From: a virus
Taxonomy: Duplodnaviria; Caudoviricetes
Length of the DNA: 42,859 nt
Reading direction: 5' to 3' (one strand)
Virus record (IMG/VR): IMGVR_UViG_3300033407_000043
Location: 1-42,859 of that record
A program made the translations under genes and the position numbers. The notes beneath the pieces were generated by a model. It was not told where the DNA came from. It saw only the letters and a list, made by a program, of their open reading frames with translations, and did not search any database. Below are positions 8,844-19,023 of this stretch, piece by piece (the stretch's first letter is position 1; every line of letters begins with the position of its first letter).

Positions 8844-10564
8844 TGTCTCTTGATGGATATCGCGGCTCTAAGGTAGACACTAATTGGTGGCTTGAGCAGA
8901 TCAAACACGGAGAAGAGTTCCGTAAGAAATTTGCTTATGAACAGCAATGGCAGACCTGGAGATCGTATTATAGAGGAAATTGGGCTGACGATATCATGCC
9001 CCTTAACCTTTTTTACACCTACATGAGGACTATTGTTCCTCGCATTTATTTTCGTGATCCTACAATCTCAATCTCCCCGACCAAGCCGGGTCTGGAGAAT
9101 ATGATGTTCGCTCGGATTATGGAGCGGATAGATACTAAGCTTCTTAAGAATATGAAGTTTAAAAGGGTCATGAAAAGTACCGTGCAAGATGCTTTCTTGC
9201 TGGGAACTGGAATAGCCAAACTTGGCTTCGGCGGGTTTTATAGTCCTACTATCATGGATGACTATCCAGGCGCTCCGACTGATAATCGGGGCTTTGAAGT
9301 AGAGCATCATAACACTGAAAGTATGATGCCTTGGGTAGCTAAAACAAATCCAGGAAATTTTGTAGTTCCTTACGGAACGAAATGGCTAGACCATTCCAGA
9401 TGGGTTGCTGAGAAAATTGTTCGGCCTATCAGTGATATTCAAAGAGATCCCCGTTTTACGAATACGGCTGGTTTGAAAAGCTTTGATGTTGATGGCAGTA
9501 GGATGGCAGCTGGATCTATTGTCCGACCCATTAAGGTAGCTAATCTTTATGAGATTCGGGACACCTACACCGGGAAAGTTTTTGTTCTAGCTCCAGATCA
9601 TTCTAAAGATAATAAACTAATATATGAAGGAGCTGATCTTTTTCTTACTTCTTACGGCGGCTTCCCTTATTTCCTAAACACCTTTAATGAAGATGATGAA
9701 GCTGTTTGGGGCCTGCCAGACTCAAAAATTCTTGAATATTATCAGCTTGAAATTAATGAGATTAAAACTCAAATTCAAAGGCATCGCAGGCTTTCCCTGG
9801 TAAAAATCCTCATAAAGGATAAAGCTATGTCAGAGAGTGAAGCTGAAAAGCTGGTCTCTGAAGACGTCGGGGCTGTTGCTTTTATCAGAGGGCAGGGGGA
9901 CATAAGGTCTAATGTTCTTTACACTAATTCAACCATTCCTAGGGAGCTTTTTGTTGCTGCTGATACATTAATGCAAGATACTCGTGAAAGCCTTGGCTTC
10001 AGCCGGAATGAGTTCGGAGAATTTAATTCTAGAAGTGGTGACACAACTGCTACTGAAGCTAACATTGTTAAGATGGCTTCTGAAATTCGGATTGATGAAC
10101 GCCGGGATGGTTTGGCTGACTCTGTAGTTGATTTTGTCAAGATGATGCACGGTGTAGTTCTAGACAACTGGGGCGATGAACAAGTTGTTGATCTGATCGG
10201 CCCGGGCGGAGTGCAAGTTTGGCTGAGAGTCCGAGGAGAAAGCCTGAGAAAGAATAAATTCTCTATCAAGGTTGATCCAGATACAGCTATTCCAGAAACT
10301 CGGGCAAGTAGAGAACAGAGAGCTATTCAGCTTTATCAATTTCTTTCTGCTAATCCTTTAATTGATCCGATTAAGCTTACTCAGTATCTTCTTCATGAAA
10401 TGAAGGGTCCTCAATTCGATGATATTATGAAAATGCTCCCGGGCGTAAATGGTGCTGGAGATAGGCCGATTGAAGTTAGCGATTTCGGAAATATGCTCCA
10501 GCAAAGCATTTCAAATGCTGGGGCTCAAAATGTCAGTCTTCCTAATGCTATGCCTCAGGGGTAA
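8843..10564 (+). CDS. Portal protein
   Basis: 573 aa between TerL and scaffold; LLGTGIAKLG and TATEANI motifs of podovirus-type portals. Confidence 0.9.
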   Translation: MSLDGYRGSKVDTNWWLEQIKHGEEFRKKFAYEQQWQTWRSYYRGNWADDIMPLNLFYTYMRTIVPRIYFRDPTISISPTKPGLENMMFARIMERIDTKLLKNMKFKRVMKSTVQDAFLLGTGIAKLGFGGFYSPTIMDDYPGAPTDNRGFEVEHHNTESMMPWVAKTNPGNFVVPYGTKWLDHSRWVAEKIVRPISDIQRDPRFTNTAGLKSFDVDGSRMAAGSIVRPIKVANLYEIRDTYTGKVFVLAPDHSKDNKLIYEGADLFLTSYGGFPYFLNTFNEDDEAVWGLPDSKILEYYQLEINEIKTQIQRHRRLSLVKILIKDKAMSESEAEKLVSEDVGAVAFIRGQGDIRSNVLYTNSTIPRELFVAADTLMQDTRESLGFSRNEFGEFNSRSGDTTATEANIVKMASEIRIDERRDGLADSVVDFVKMMHGVVLDNWGDEQVVDLIGPGGVQVWLRVRGESLRKNKFSIKVDPDTAIPETRASREQRAIQLYQFLSANPLIDPIKLTQYLLHEMKGPQFDDIMKMLPGVNGAGDRPIEVSDFGNMLQQSISNAGAQNVSLPNAMPQG

Positions 10565-10570
10565 GAAGAA

Positions 10571-10825
10571 ATGCCTTTGTATGATTATAAGTGCATATGT
10601 GGAAAAACCTTTGAAGCCATGAAACAAATGAGTGAGAGGGCTTGTGCAGAATGTCCAGATTGTGGGATTATGGCTAACAAAATACTTTCCGCGCCAGCTG
10701 TTCGTAGTTTCCAGTATGGTTATTTTCCAGATATTGGACCTAACGGAGTAACGGTTGGAAATAAGAGTGAACTAAAGGATGCCTGTGAAAAACATGAGTG
10801 CTATGCACCAGGAGTGCTAACATAA
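10571..10825 (+). CDS. FmdB-family zinc-ribbon protein
   Basis: MPLYDYKCICGKTFE...CPDCG. Confidence 0.85.
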   Translation: MPLYDYKCICGKTFEAMKQMSERACAECPDCGIMANKILSAPAVRSFQYGYFPDIGPNGVTVGNKSELKDACEKHECYAPGVLT

Positions 10826-11031
10826 TGGCTGCGAAAAAAGAACCAGATTCTGTTATTATCATTAAGATGTTTGAAGGAAATCCATCTGTGGTAATTAAGA
10901 ACTTTGAAAAACTGAATACCAGGCTAATCGGGCATGGTGCTGAGGCTGCTACAAGAGAGTGGCAGAGACTTAGAACTAGAGCCGTCCATGATCGCCGGGT
11001 AATTGAAGGTAAAGGAAAAGTAAATGCCTAA
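10825..11031 (+). CDS. Hypothetical protein
   Basis: MAAKKEPDSVII...; translationally coupled on both sides. Confidence 0.6.
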   Translation: MAAKKEPDSVIIIKMFEGNPSVVIKNFEKLNTRLIGHGAEAATREWQRLRTRAVHDRRVIEGKGKVNA

Positions 11032-11692
11032 AGAAAATAAAGAAGCTGATGTTAACGAAGCTATGAAAGAATTTCTTAGTAAAATTCCGTCGGAACTCCA
11101 CGCGGCTGTAAAAGCTGGGGTCAGAGAAAGTATTCAGGAAGTTGACGAGAAACGTGCTAGAGCCCGAGCCGAAGAAGAAGATGACGATGATTTTGAAGAA
11201 GATGAGGATGAGCCAGACTACGACGAAATGAATAATCGTGATCTTGTAAATCACATGACGAAGACGGTTACGAAACTTTTTGCTAAAGCTGTTAAGCCGC
11301 TGTCGGAACAAATTGAAAGTACTCGGAGAGAATCAGCTTCTGACAAGATGAGCCGGGAAATTCTTGAGGTTAGGGCTGAAAATCCCGATCTTCCAGAATG
11401 GAAAGCGGAACTCCAAGAAACCCTTACCAAATACCCAAGCATGAATATTGCACAGGCGTATAAATTTGTAAAAGCAAATAATCCAGAGAAAGCTAACGAA
11501 ATTCAAAGTAAAATGGATACAGAAAAAGCTGAAAAAAATCCTGTAAAAAGATCTGCTTTCGGAGGTCTTACTCCTACATCATCCCTTGAAACTCTTGATG
11601 ATGATACAGACCTGTCTCCCAAAGAAGCCGCAGATAAGGCTTGGGACTCTGTTATGGGAGAAATACCTACTGAATTTTTTAGTAATACTTAA
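11024..11692 (+). CDS. Capsid scaffolding protein
   Basis: Acidic and helical, directly before the major capsid gene. Confidence 0.75.
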   Translation: MPKENKEADVNEAMKEFLSKIPSELHAAVKAGVRESIQEVDEKRARARAEEEDDDDFEEDEDEPDYDEMNNRDLVNHMTKTVTKLFAKAVKPLSEQIESTRRESASDKMSREILEVRAENPDLPEWKAELQETLTKYPSMNIAQAYKFVKANNPEKANEIQSKMDTEKAEKNPVKRSAFGGLTPTSSLETLDDDTDLSPKEAADKAWDSVMGEIPTEFFSNT

Positions 11693-11709
11693 TTGGAGGT
11701 CTTTTAGAG

Positions 11710-12687
11710 ATGCCTGTTGCGACGCTATCTGAAGCCCTGGACAACTTGTATACGACTACTTGGCAAAACATGAAGTCGACGCTGGTTGATCAGATTTATG
11801 ATGCAACCCCCTTTTGGTTTTGGATGAAAGCTAATAACGCGCTTGAAAGTGTTTCAGGCGGACGCTTTTTGTCTGAGCCGCTTCGCTATGCTAAGAGTGA
11901 GCGGGTTACTTTTATCGGTAAGGGTGGAACCGTTGACCTGAGTGATCAGGAATTCTTGACTGTTGCTACTGATGATTGGAAATACCTGACGGACAGTATT
12001 GTTCGCTTTGGTACTGATGATCAGCAGAACCGGGGCAAGAACCAGATCATCAATTTCATGAATGCTAAGTTGGATAACTCCAAGGACAGCATGACTGATA
12101 AGGTTGAAGAAACCCTCTTTACTGATAATACCGGCTCACCTTTGGCCTGGAATGGTCTGCCTACTTTGGTTGCAGATGATCCCACGGCTTCAGTTGAAGT
12201 TCATCGGATCAATCAGAGCACTAATACTTGGTGGAGAAACCAAGCTACCGATATGACCGGCGAGAGTTTTGCCATTCACGGCCATGATCGTATGCGTACT
12301 ATGCTTAATAATACCAGCAATAATAAAGGCGGAGATATGCCGAATATTATTGTTTCTGGGCAGACTCCTTATGAATATTATGAGGATACTGTTCTTGAGC
12401 AGAAGCGTATTGTTAATAAGAAGCTCGGCGATGCAGGCTTTGAGAATATCCAGTTTAAGGGTATTCCTATGATCTGGTCCCCGCAGTGCCCGAATACGAA
12501 GATGTACTTCTTGAACACCCGGTTCCTGAAGTTCAAATACGATCCGGCCATGAACTTTGATATGACAGAGTGGAAGCCCATTCCTGATCAGGTTAATGAT
12601 CGTGCTGCGCAGGTTATTACAGCTGGTCAGCTTATGACTTCCCGTCGGCGCGTACATGGTGTTATTCATACGATTGACACCGCTTAA
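11710..12687 (+). CDS. Major capsid protein (HK97 fold)
   Basis: 325 aa, strong GGAGG RBS, position after scaffold, DAGFENIQFKGIP...MYFLNT motif. Confidence 0.9.
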   Translation: MPVATLSEALDNLYTTTWQNMKSTLVDQIYDATPFWFWMKANNALESVSGGRFLSEPLRYAKSERVTFIGKGGTVDLSDQEFLTVATDDWKYLTDSIVRFGTDDQQNRGKNQIINFMNAKLDNSKDSMTDKVEETLFTDNTGSPLAWNGLPTLVADDPTASVEVHRINQSTNTWWRNQATDMTGESFAIHGHDRMRTMLNNTSNNKGGDMPNIIVSGQTPYEYYEDTVLEQKRIVNKKLGDAGFENIQFKGIPMIWSPQCPNTKMYFLNTRFLKFKYDPAMNFDMTEWKPIPDQVNDRAAQVITAGQLMTSRRRVHGVIHTIDTA

Positions 12688-12693
12688 TCTATG

Positions 12694-12707
12694 ATCCAAA
12701 TTTTGGA
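12694..12707. repeat. Intergenic near-palindrome ATCCAAATTTTGGA, copy 2
   Basis: Begins 6 nt after the MCP stop codon. Confidence 0.85.
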
Positions 12708-12733
12708 ATGGAGCTATTTAAGGAGTCTAAGTA

Positions 12734-13222
12734 ATGGTTGGTCAAGTTCCCGGTTCTGCCGGAAATGGTATTAAAAGGATTTTTGCTACCTCCTTGACGG
12801 AAGTGAAAACCTTTGATGCTGAAGGTCTTGGAGCTATCCGTCGTGAGGGTACCAAGGCTTATAAATATATCCAGTACTCTGAGGAAGCTGCGGCTGTAGA
12901 TGGCGTAGCTGGTGAGGTTACATACTATGTAGCTGATACTGGGTATCCTGCTAATAAGGTTACGAGTGATCTGAGTGCTTCCAGTGAAGTTGGAGCTGGT
13001 GTGCTTATGGCTAATATGAGCGATGATGAGTATGGTTGGGTTCAGATTAGAGGCCTGGCTACTCTTACAATTGCTTTGACAGCTGGTGCAGATGGTGATA
13101 CTCTTACTCCAACCGGCTCATCTGACGGCACGCTTGATGTAACTGCAAGTGTTACCGATCATCGTTGTGCGATTGCAAATGATGCTAGTGAAGATGAAAT
13201 CATTTGCGAGTTCCCTTTCTAA
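12734..13222 (+). CDS. Capsid decoration or cement-like protein
   Basis: Follows MCP; YKYIQY...YGWVQIRG pattern, Ala/Gly/Thr-rich. Confidence 0.6.
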   Translation: MVGQVPGSAGNGIKRIFATSLTEVKTFDAEGLGAIRREGTKAYKYIQYSEEAAAVDGVAGEVTYYVADTGYPANKVTSDLSASSEVGAGVLMANMSDDEYGWVQIRGLATLTIALTAGADGDTLTPTGSSDGTLDVTASVTDHRCAIANDASEDEIICEFPF

Positions 13223-13234
13223 AGGAGGTTTAAC

Positions 13235-13561
13235 ATGGCTGCGTATGCTGCTTCTGTTGCCTCTGCAATGAAGAGGGCAGTTAAAGTCGATCAGATTACC
13301 GGGATTGGTATGTTCACCGGTCGAGTTAATCTCACTAACTACAACTCAACCCTGGGTGCAATCACAGCTATTACAGGCAAATTCAAGTCTGTAGTTTCTG
13401 TGATCGGTGGAACAGCCGAAGGCGGAGATTGGGTTGAGTGGGTTCATGCTTCAGGCTCATTCAAAGCTTACGTTTCTAATGTCACAACAGGTGTTACTGA
13501 GGAAGTAGCAAATGATGTGGATGTAGGTGAGTTTGATTTTATTGCTTATGGACTGATCTAA
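13235..13561 (+). CDS. Virion structural protein
   Basis: GGAGG RBS, beta-rich, within head cluster. Confidence 0.65.
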   Translation: MAAYAASVASAMKRAVKVDQITGIGMFTGRVNLTNYNSTLGAITAITGKFKSVVSVIGGTAEGGDWVEWVHASGSFKAYVSNVTTGVTEEVANDVDVGEFDFIAYGLI

Positions 13562-14271
13562 TGGGAACCCTGAACCTAGCTAGTCTTCTTGTAGAAATCA
13601 GGCGATTTTTCTCTAATCGTAGTGATCTGACTGATGCTATTATTACGACTAATCTAAACTTGGCACAAGAAGACATAGCTAAGGTTTGGGACTGGGAAGA
13701 ACTTGATAACACATTGTCAGGGACTTTGTCTATTACAGCTTCTGAAGTTGATGACAAGTTCCTGGCAATTCCAGTTAGCACTATTAAAGAAATTCATTCG
13801 TTTAGACTTATTACAGGTGACGGGCGGAGCAGGAAGCTTGAGCAGGTTTCTGTTCGTAATTTTGACTTGGTTATTCCAGAGCCTGAATACTATGCTCGAC
13901 GCATTCCTCTGAAATATTGCCTTCATAAGAATAAGGTTGAATTCTGGCCGGTGCCCGATGAGGCTTATCCGTATATTATCCGCACTACGAATTGGCCTAC
14001 TGCTTTTGCTGGTGATACTGGCGCTTTCTCTGATTTAGATCGGAAAGATTTAGCCCTTGTTTATAGAGCAGCTTCTATTCTTAATGATACGCTGGGAGAG
14101 TATGAACGGGCCGGTAGGTTTTACGGAATTTATAGAGCTCTGATTAATGATGATATATCTGAGGAACAGAGTATGCCAGACAGGGATATTAAACCCCCGA
14201 GCGAAATTCGGAGAAGTAGTTCTGGAACTGCTCCGGGTAATTACTGGCAAAATCCATTCTTTAAGGGTTAA
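13561..14271 (+). CDS. Head-tail adaptor (tail tubular A-like)
   Basis: LNLAQEDIAK...FWPVPDEAY...ALVYRAA pattern; position. Confidence 0.7.
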   Translation: MGTLNLASLLVEIRRFFSNRSDLTDAIITTNLNLAQEDIAKVWDWEELDNTLSGTLSITASEVDDKFLAIPVSTIKEIHSFRLITGDGRSRKLEQVSVRNFDLVIPEPEYYARRIPLKYCLHKNKVEFWPVPDEAYPYIIRTTNWPTAFAGDTGAFSDLDRKDLALVYRAASILNDTLGEYERAGRFYGIYRALINDDISEEQSMPDRDIKPPSEIRRSSSGTAPGNYWQNPFFKG

Positions 14272-14276
14272 GAAGT

Positions 14277-14987
14277 ATGACTACATTTAGCAGAACTTGG
14301 AATGGAGCGTATGAAGCTCAGCCAGCCGATGTTGAGGCTATCTCAATTGGAGCTTCCAGGATACGGAATTTTAAAGAGGACGTTCATGAAAGGATGGAAG
14401 TTGATCATTCCTGGGATGGGGATGCGGAGGATGGAGCGCATATACAAGTAACCTTTGCAGCACCTCTTGCTGGAGATCCTGCTAATGCAGCGGATAAGGG
14501 CTTTCTTTATACCAAGGATGTAAGTTCTAAAGTTGAACTTTTTTGGGAAGATGAAGATGGAAATGTAGTTCAACTTACAGAAGCTGGGGGAGTTACCACC
14601 TTTCCAGCCGGGACAAGAATGCTTTTTCAACAAACTGCCGCTCCAACAGGCTGGACTAAAGATACAACAGCAAATCTTAATGATACAGCTCTGAGAATTG
14701 TAACCGGCTCAGTTGGTTCTGAGGTAGCACAATCTGACTTTTCAACTGTATTTGGTATAACTGCGACAGATGGTCATGCGTTAACTATTGCTGAGTTGGC
14801 AGCCCATAATCACCTTGCAGGGGGCGCTGAAATGGGACCAGCGGCCGGCACGAACCGATATACTGTTACTAATCATCCCGGTGATGTTAATAGATCTACA
14901 TCTTCTACAGGCTCTGGCGATACCCACGCTCATGATATAGATCTTAGAGTAAACTATCATGATGTGATAATTGCAACGAAGGATTAA
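14277..14987 (+). CDS. Short tail fibre with tail-collar-like domain
   Basis: FPAGTRMLFQQTAAPTGWTK; HxH tip motifs HNH and HAH. Confidence 0.75.
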   Translation: MTTFSRTWNGAYEAQPADVEAISIGASRIRNFKEDVHERMEVDHSWDGDAEDGAHIQVTFAAPLAGDPANAADKGFLYTKDVSSKVELFWEDEDGNVVQLTEAGGVTTFPAGTRMLFQQTAAPTGWTKDTTANLNDTALRIVTGSVGSEVAQSDFSTVFGITATDGHALTIAELAAHNHLAGGAEMGPAAGTNRYTVTNHPGDVNRSTSSTGSGDTHAHDIDLRVNYHDVIIATKD

Positions 14988-14989
14988 AA

Positions 14990-15265
14990 ATGAAACAAGA
15001 AGATGAAGAAGGCTCCTTTTGCCCTTTGATTAAAGATGAATGTATAGGAAAGAAATGTGCTTGGGCTACTAAAATCATAGGCAAGCATCCTCAAAAAGAT
15101 CAGCAGATCGAGAAGTGGGATTGTGCTATTAGATGGATACCCCTGCTTCAAATTGAGACTTCTAAAGAAGTCCGCCAAGGTGCGGCTGCTACAGAAAGTT
15201 TCAGGAATGAAGTTGTAAGTTTGTCCCAGCCTAGAGTTTTAAGGAGGATTTCTGATGCCAGCTAA
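14990..15265 (+). CDS. Cys-rich protein adjacent to the tail fibre
   Basis: CPLIKDECIGKKCAW...WDCAI...AATESFRNEV. Confidence 0.7.
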   Translation: MKQEDEEGSFCPLIKDECIGKKCAWATKIIGKHPQKDQQIEKWDCAIRWIPLLQIETSKEVRQGAAATESFRNEVVSLSQPRVLRRISDAS

Positions 15266-15551
15266 TAGATTTCCTGTAACCTGGCCGCCGTTTAGAATAT
15301 CTGAATTCAAGAATTTTACGGAAGCTTATCAAAGACTTAGGGATTTTGTAAGAAGTATCAATGATCTCAGGGTTCGTATAGTTATAGTTTGCAACGACCA
15401 TGCGGATAGACTTACCCCTACTGAAGATGCTGGAGCTCCATCAAGTACCCCGGATGATAAACTTTTATTCTATATAAATTCCTCTAACGGGGATATTTAT
15501 GTATCCACTGGCACAGCAAGCGCTGCTGATTGGAAGAAGATCTCACCGTAA
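15255..15551 (+). CDS. Hypothetical tail-associated protein
   Basis: GAPSSTPD...YVSTGTASAADWKKI. Confidence 0.65.
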   Translation: MPANRFPVTWPPFRISEFKNFTEAYQRLRDFVRSINDLRVRIVIVCNDHADRLTPTEDAGAPSSTPDDKLLFYINSSNGDIYVSTGTASAADWKKISP

Positions 15552-17338
15552 TGCCTACACTTGATCAAAGCTCTAGAGTTCAACCCAGGCCTTCTCCAGA
15601 AGATTGGGGCTATAAATTTATTGAAAGCTTGAATGGGGGTATTGATCTTACCGAACGCTCAGAAGTTATTGAAGATAACAGGCTTCTTACGGCTGAGAAC
15701 GTTAGGTTTGAAAAGGGCCGGATACTTGTTGATTATGGGTATAAAACATTTGCTCAAGTTGTCCGGGGTTTTCCAAGACTCACTTATCAATTTTATTTAA
15801 AGAATGGTTCTTCTATTCTTATTCTTTTAACAAACGATACTTTTTATAGGTATGACGAAACAGCCCTTGAGTGGAAATATGTTTCTGATGGGAATGCTAC
15901 ACAAGTTGCTGTAGCTGGAGTTGCTACGGATACTTCCATTGAAGTAGATGATGACGCTGGTTTCGGGGATGGCGATTTTATAGGTATTGAACTTGATGAC
16001 GGGACTCAGCATCAAACTACTGTGAATGGAGCACCAGCAGCTAATATTATAACTTTTGATGACGCTCTTCCAGGGCCTTCTGCTATTGCTAGTGCTGTTG
16101 TCAAAGCGGCTGATTTGAATGGTAGTTCAGATATTCAGCCTTCAGTTACTACATGGGCCGCTTTCGATAAAATGTATATTACTAATGGGATTGATGTTCC
16201 CAAGGAATTTGATGGAATTGAACTTGTAGATATTTCAAACCTGCCTGCAAGTGGTAGCTTTGCTTGTAGAATAGTTGCAATTTTTAATAACTATCTTATC
16301 TTCTTGCATACCACAGAGGCAGGCACGCTTTTTCCACAAAGAATGCGCTGGAGCCTTCCGGGCAATGATGCGGCATTCGATGAAAGCGTTAATTTTCTTG
16401 ACCTTTATGATAGCGAGGATTTTATTGTTGCTGCAGAGGGTCTTGGTAGCTTTTATATTATCTATAAAGAGCGTTCCATTTACCGATTGGAATTTCTGGG
16501 CCTTCTGTTGCAGACTTGGAATATTACTAAAACAATTGATTCAGAAGGAACCTTTAATCAGGATTGTGTTATCAATCTGGGGGATGAGCATATACTTTTC
16601 GGCAATGCTAACATATATAAATATGATGGTAACTTTAACTTAGACCCAGTTGGGGATGAGATATTCGATAAATTGTTTGCCCAAGACGGTGAGCTTAATC
16701 CTACATATGCGGCAAGAACCTTTGGGATTTATATAGAAGAACTTGATGAAGCTTGGTGGTTTTATCCGAACGGTTCTGATGAATTTCCTCAGAATATTAT
16801 TCGCTTGAATATTTCAACAGGAGCTTGGTCAGATAGAAGGTTTTTAGAAGCCTTCACCGGATTTGGATTTTTCCAAGCACAAGGAGATATCACCTGGGCA
16901 ACGGCTCCAGGAACTTGGGCAGCTTTTACAGGCCCTTGGGTTTCAAAGCAAGTCCAAGCTAATGCTCCAACAGTTCACCTTCTCTCAAAAGATACCCTGC
17001 AAGTTTATGACTATGACTATGTTACAAATGAAGACGATGGAGAAGCAATCCCCTTTGAAGTAGAAACTAAAGACTTTTATATTGGGGATTACGAGCTTCG
17101 GTTTGATCGATATGATTTTAGAATAAGTGGTATAAATGTTCTAGTAGAGGCTAGTTATGATCAAGGAAACAATTGGGAAGTTCTTGGGACTGTTTCACCA
17201 GGAACAGTTTACGCAAAGCAATCTCTCTTCAGACAGCATATTTCCCGATCCGTCCGGTTCAGATTTTCCGGAAGTGAGGGCTTCGGACTCGAATGGGTTG
17301 GATTTAAGTTCAAAGGTGAAAGTCTCCAAAACTTGTAA
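15551..17338 (+). CDS. Tail nozzle / DNA stabilisation protein (tubular B or gp10-like beta-propeller)
   Basis: ~595 aa, beta-rich, LNGGID...AENVRF and RMRWS motifs; TAATG coupling at 15551. Confidence 0.75.
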   Translation: MPTLDQSSRVQPRPSPEDWGYKFIESLNGGIDLTERSEVIEDNRLLTAENVRFEKGRILVDYGYKTFAQVVRGFPRLTYQFYLKNGSSILILLTNDTFYRYDETALEWKYVSDGNATQVAVAGVATDTSIEVDDDAGFGDGDFIGIELDDGTQHQTTVNGAPAANIITFDDALPGPSAIASAVVKAADLNGSSDIQPSVTTWAAFDKMYITNGIDVPKEFDGIELVDISNLPASGSFACRIVAIFNNYLIFLHTTEAGTLFPQRMRWSLPGNDAAFDESVNFLDLYDSEDFIVAAEGLGSFYIIYKERSIYRLEFLGLLLQTWNITKTIDSEGTFNQDCVINLGDEHILFGNANIYKYDGNFNLDPVGDEIFDKLFAQDGELNPTYAARTFGIYIEELDEAWWFYPNGSDEFPQNIIRLNISTGAWSDRRFLEAFTGFGFFQAQGDITWATAPGTWAAFTGPWVSKQVQANAPTVHLLSKDTLQVYDYDYVTNEDDGEAIPFEVETKDFYIGDYELRFDRYDFRISGINVLVEASYDQGNNWEVLGTVSPGTVYAKQSLFRQHISRSVRFRFSGSEGFGLEWVGFKFKGESLQNL

Positions 17339-17732
17339 AATTCGGAGAATGAAGCGACTAGAGGCCATTCCAAAATTTGTAACCCTCTTTCAAGATTATG
17401 CAGATGCTATCGATAGGCCAGAATATATTGATAAAATGCTGAAATCACTGTTTACAACTTTTAGTTACCCTGATACAATTCTTCTAGTAGGCTTTGATGA
17501 AAATGAAGAAGCAATTGGGTTTTTCTGGGCAGATCCTGTAGATGACTATCTTTATATCAGGGAAGTTTATGCCCCAGGAATTGCAAATAAATTCTATTTA
17601 AGAGCTAAAGAAATTTGCCTTGAAAAAGGTATTTTTACTATGAAGGGCTCAGTTAAACCGCACCTAGCTGATAAATTTATTGCTATATGGGGCGGTAAAG
17701 TCACATTAAGCATAATCGAAGTGGAGTTATAA
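17316..17732 (+). CDS. GNAT-fold acetyltransferase-like protein (start uncertain)
   Basis: AIGFFWA...YLYIREVYAPGIA...EICLEKGI; located between nozzle and ejection genes. Confidence 0.55.
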   Translation: MKVSKTCKIRRMKRLEAIPKFVTLFQDYADAIDRPEYIDKMLKSLFTTFSYPDTILLVGFDENEEAIGFFWADPVDDYLYIREVYAPGIANKFYLRAKEICLEKGIFTMKGSVKPHLADKFIAIWGGKVTLSIIEVEL

Positions 17733-17734
17733 AG

Positions 17735-18766
17735 ATGGGTGGTGATTCAGAAATGCTCCTGGACCCGGTTGGTACACTGGTTCACGGAAAGAATGATGGC
17801 GGCGACTCTCCTGATGTGCTTCCTACAATCACACCAGAGCAAAAGAAACTTCTTAATCAGCTTACTAAGCGGATGCAGGCAGACGTTAAAGGTCTTAATG
17901 GTGACTTTGGTCTGGGAGCATCCGGAACGGAATTAGCCTCTCTTGAGGGACTTGAAGGAATAGCTAATTCTGGGATTACTGGGCAAGCTAATAACCAGGC
18001 AGGTATTCAGGGATCTACGGATGCGGGCATAGCTGCTCTAACAGAGATCTTTCAGCGAAGCCCCGAAGATATTAATCAGCGTTTTACTGATACTGTTCAA
18101 GATCCTATGCTTAAGGAATTTGAACAAAATATCATGCCTCAAATTCAGACAAAGTATGCTCCCCAATTCTTTGGTGGGGAGAGGCGAGAAATGGAAGCTC
18201 GGTCTAGGGATGATTTGCTTAGCTCACTTGTCTCTGCGAGAAGTCAAATGTCTTATGAAGCTGATCAATCAAATCAAGCAAATAAACTTGCTGCCGCTTC
18301 ACAACTTCCTGGCGTGGGTAATTATGCAAGTACGCAGCAATATCAAGCTCCAAGCGCAGCCACTGGGCTTTATGCTGGATTGCTCGGTACTGGAGCCCAA
18401 GGCGCTAATATTCAGGGCCGTCAGAATGATGAGCGGGCAAAGAGAGTTCAACAAGCCCTGGGTACTATAAGTGCCGGGAGTTTTGAGAATATCGTTAATG
18501 TGGGAGAAAGCAGTTCCCAAGATGATATGATGGCAATGATGCCGGCTCTTATTAGTGCTGGCGCTATGATGTTCTCAGATGAGCGTCTAAAGACTGATAA
18601 AAAGAAAATCGGTAAAACGGATAAGGGGGCTAATATCTATACATTTAGATATAAGGGTGATGAACAGATGAGAATGGGCGTCATGGCGCAGGAACTTGAA
18701 AAACTTGATCCGAAGGCTGTTACTACTGTTCAAGGCGTCAAGCTGGTTAATCTGGAGGAGCTATAA
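17735..18766 (+). CDS. Gly/Gln-rich ejection-type protein with C-terminal peptidase S74 autocleaving chaperone domain
   Basis: FSDERLKTD...IYTFRYKG...GVMAQELEKLDPKAV. Confidence 0.8.
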   Translation: MGGDSEMLLDPVGTLVHGKNDGGDSPDVLPTITPEQKKLLNQLTKRMQADVKGLNGDFGLGASGTELASLEGLEGIANSGITGQANNQAGIQGSTDAGIAALTEIFQRSPEDINQRFTDTVQDPMLKEFEQNIMPQIQTKYAPQFFGGERREMEARSRDDLLSSLVSARSQMSYEADQSNQANKLAAASQLPGVGNYASTQQYQAPSAATGLYAGLLGTGAQGANIQGRQNDERAKRVQQALGTISAGSFENIVNVGESSSQDDMMAMMPALISAGAMMFSDERLKTDKKKIGKTDKGANIYTFRYKGDEQMRMGVMAQELEKLDPKAVTTVQGVKLVNLEEL

Positions 18767-19014
18767 TGGCTATAATTGTTGATCATGGTAGAAAATCTGA
18801 GGCTAGGAAAAAAGCTCTTAGACAAGCTATTAGTACGTTTGCTGAAGACTTTACTAATAATAAAAGTGAAGCTAAAAGCAAGAAAAGGGAAGTAGCTAAT
18901 CCAGCAGATCTAAAACCTATGAAAAAGAAAAAACGAAATACTGATTCTAAAGCTCCAAGAACTGATACCTTAAAAGGTAACATGTTTGATGACCTTATGA
19001 ATAATTTATTTTAG
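18766..19014 (+). CDS. Small basic protein
   Basis: 82 aa, Lys-rich, coupled to the upstream gene. Confidence 0.65.
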   Translation: MAIIVDHGRKSEARKKALRQAISTFAEDFTNNKSEAKSKKREVANPADLKPMKKKKRNTDSKAPRTDTLKGNMFDDLMNNLF

Positions 19015-19023
19015 GAATTTATC

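Noticed and set aside
12190-12699. 169-aa - strand ORF
   Set aside because: Antisense to the major capsid gene
17157-17315. N-terminal extension of the GNAT-like ORF
   Set aside because: Long overlap with the nozzle gene; a downstream start is more plausible
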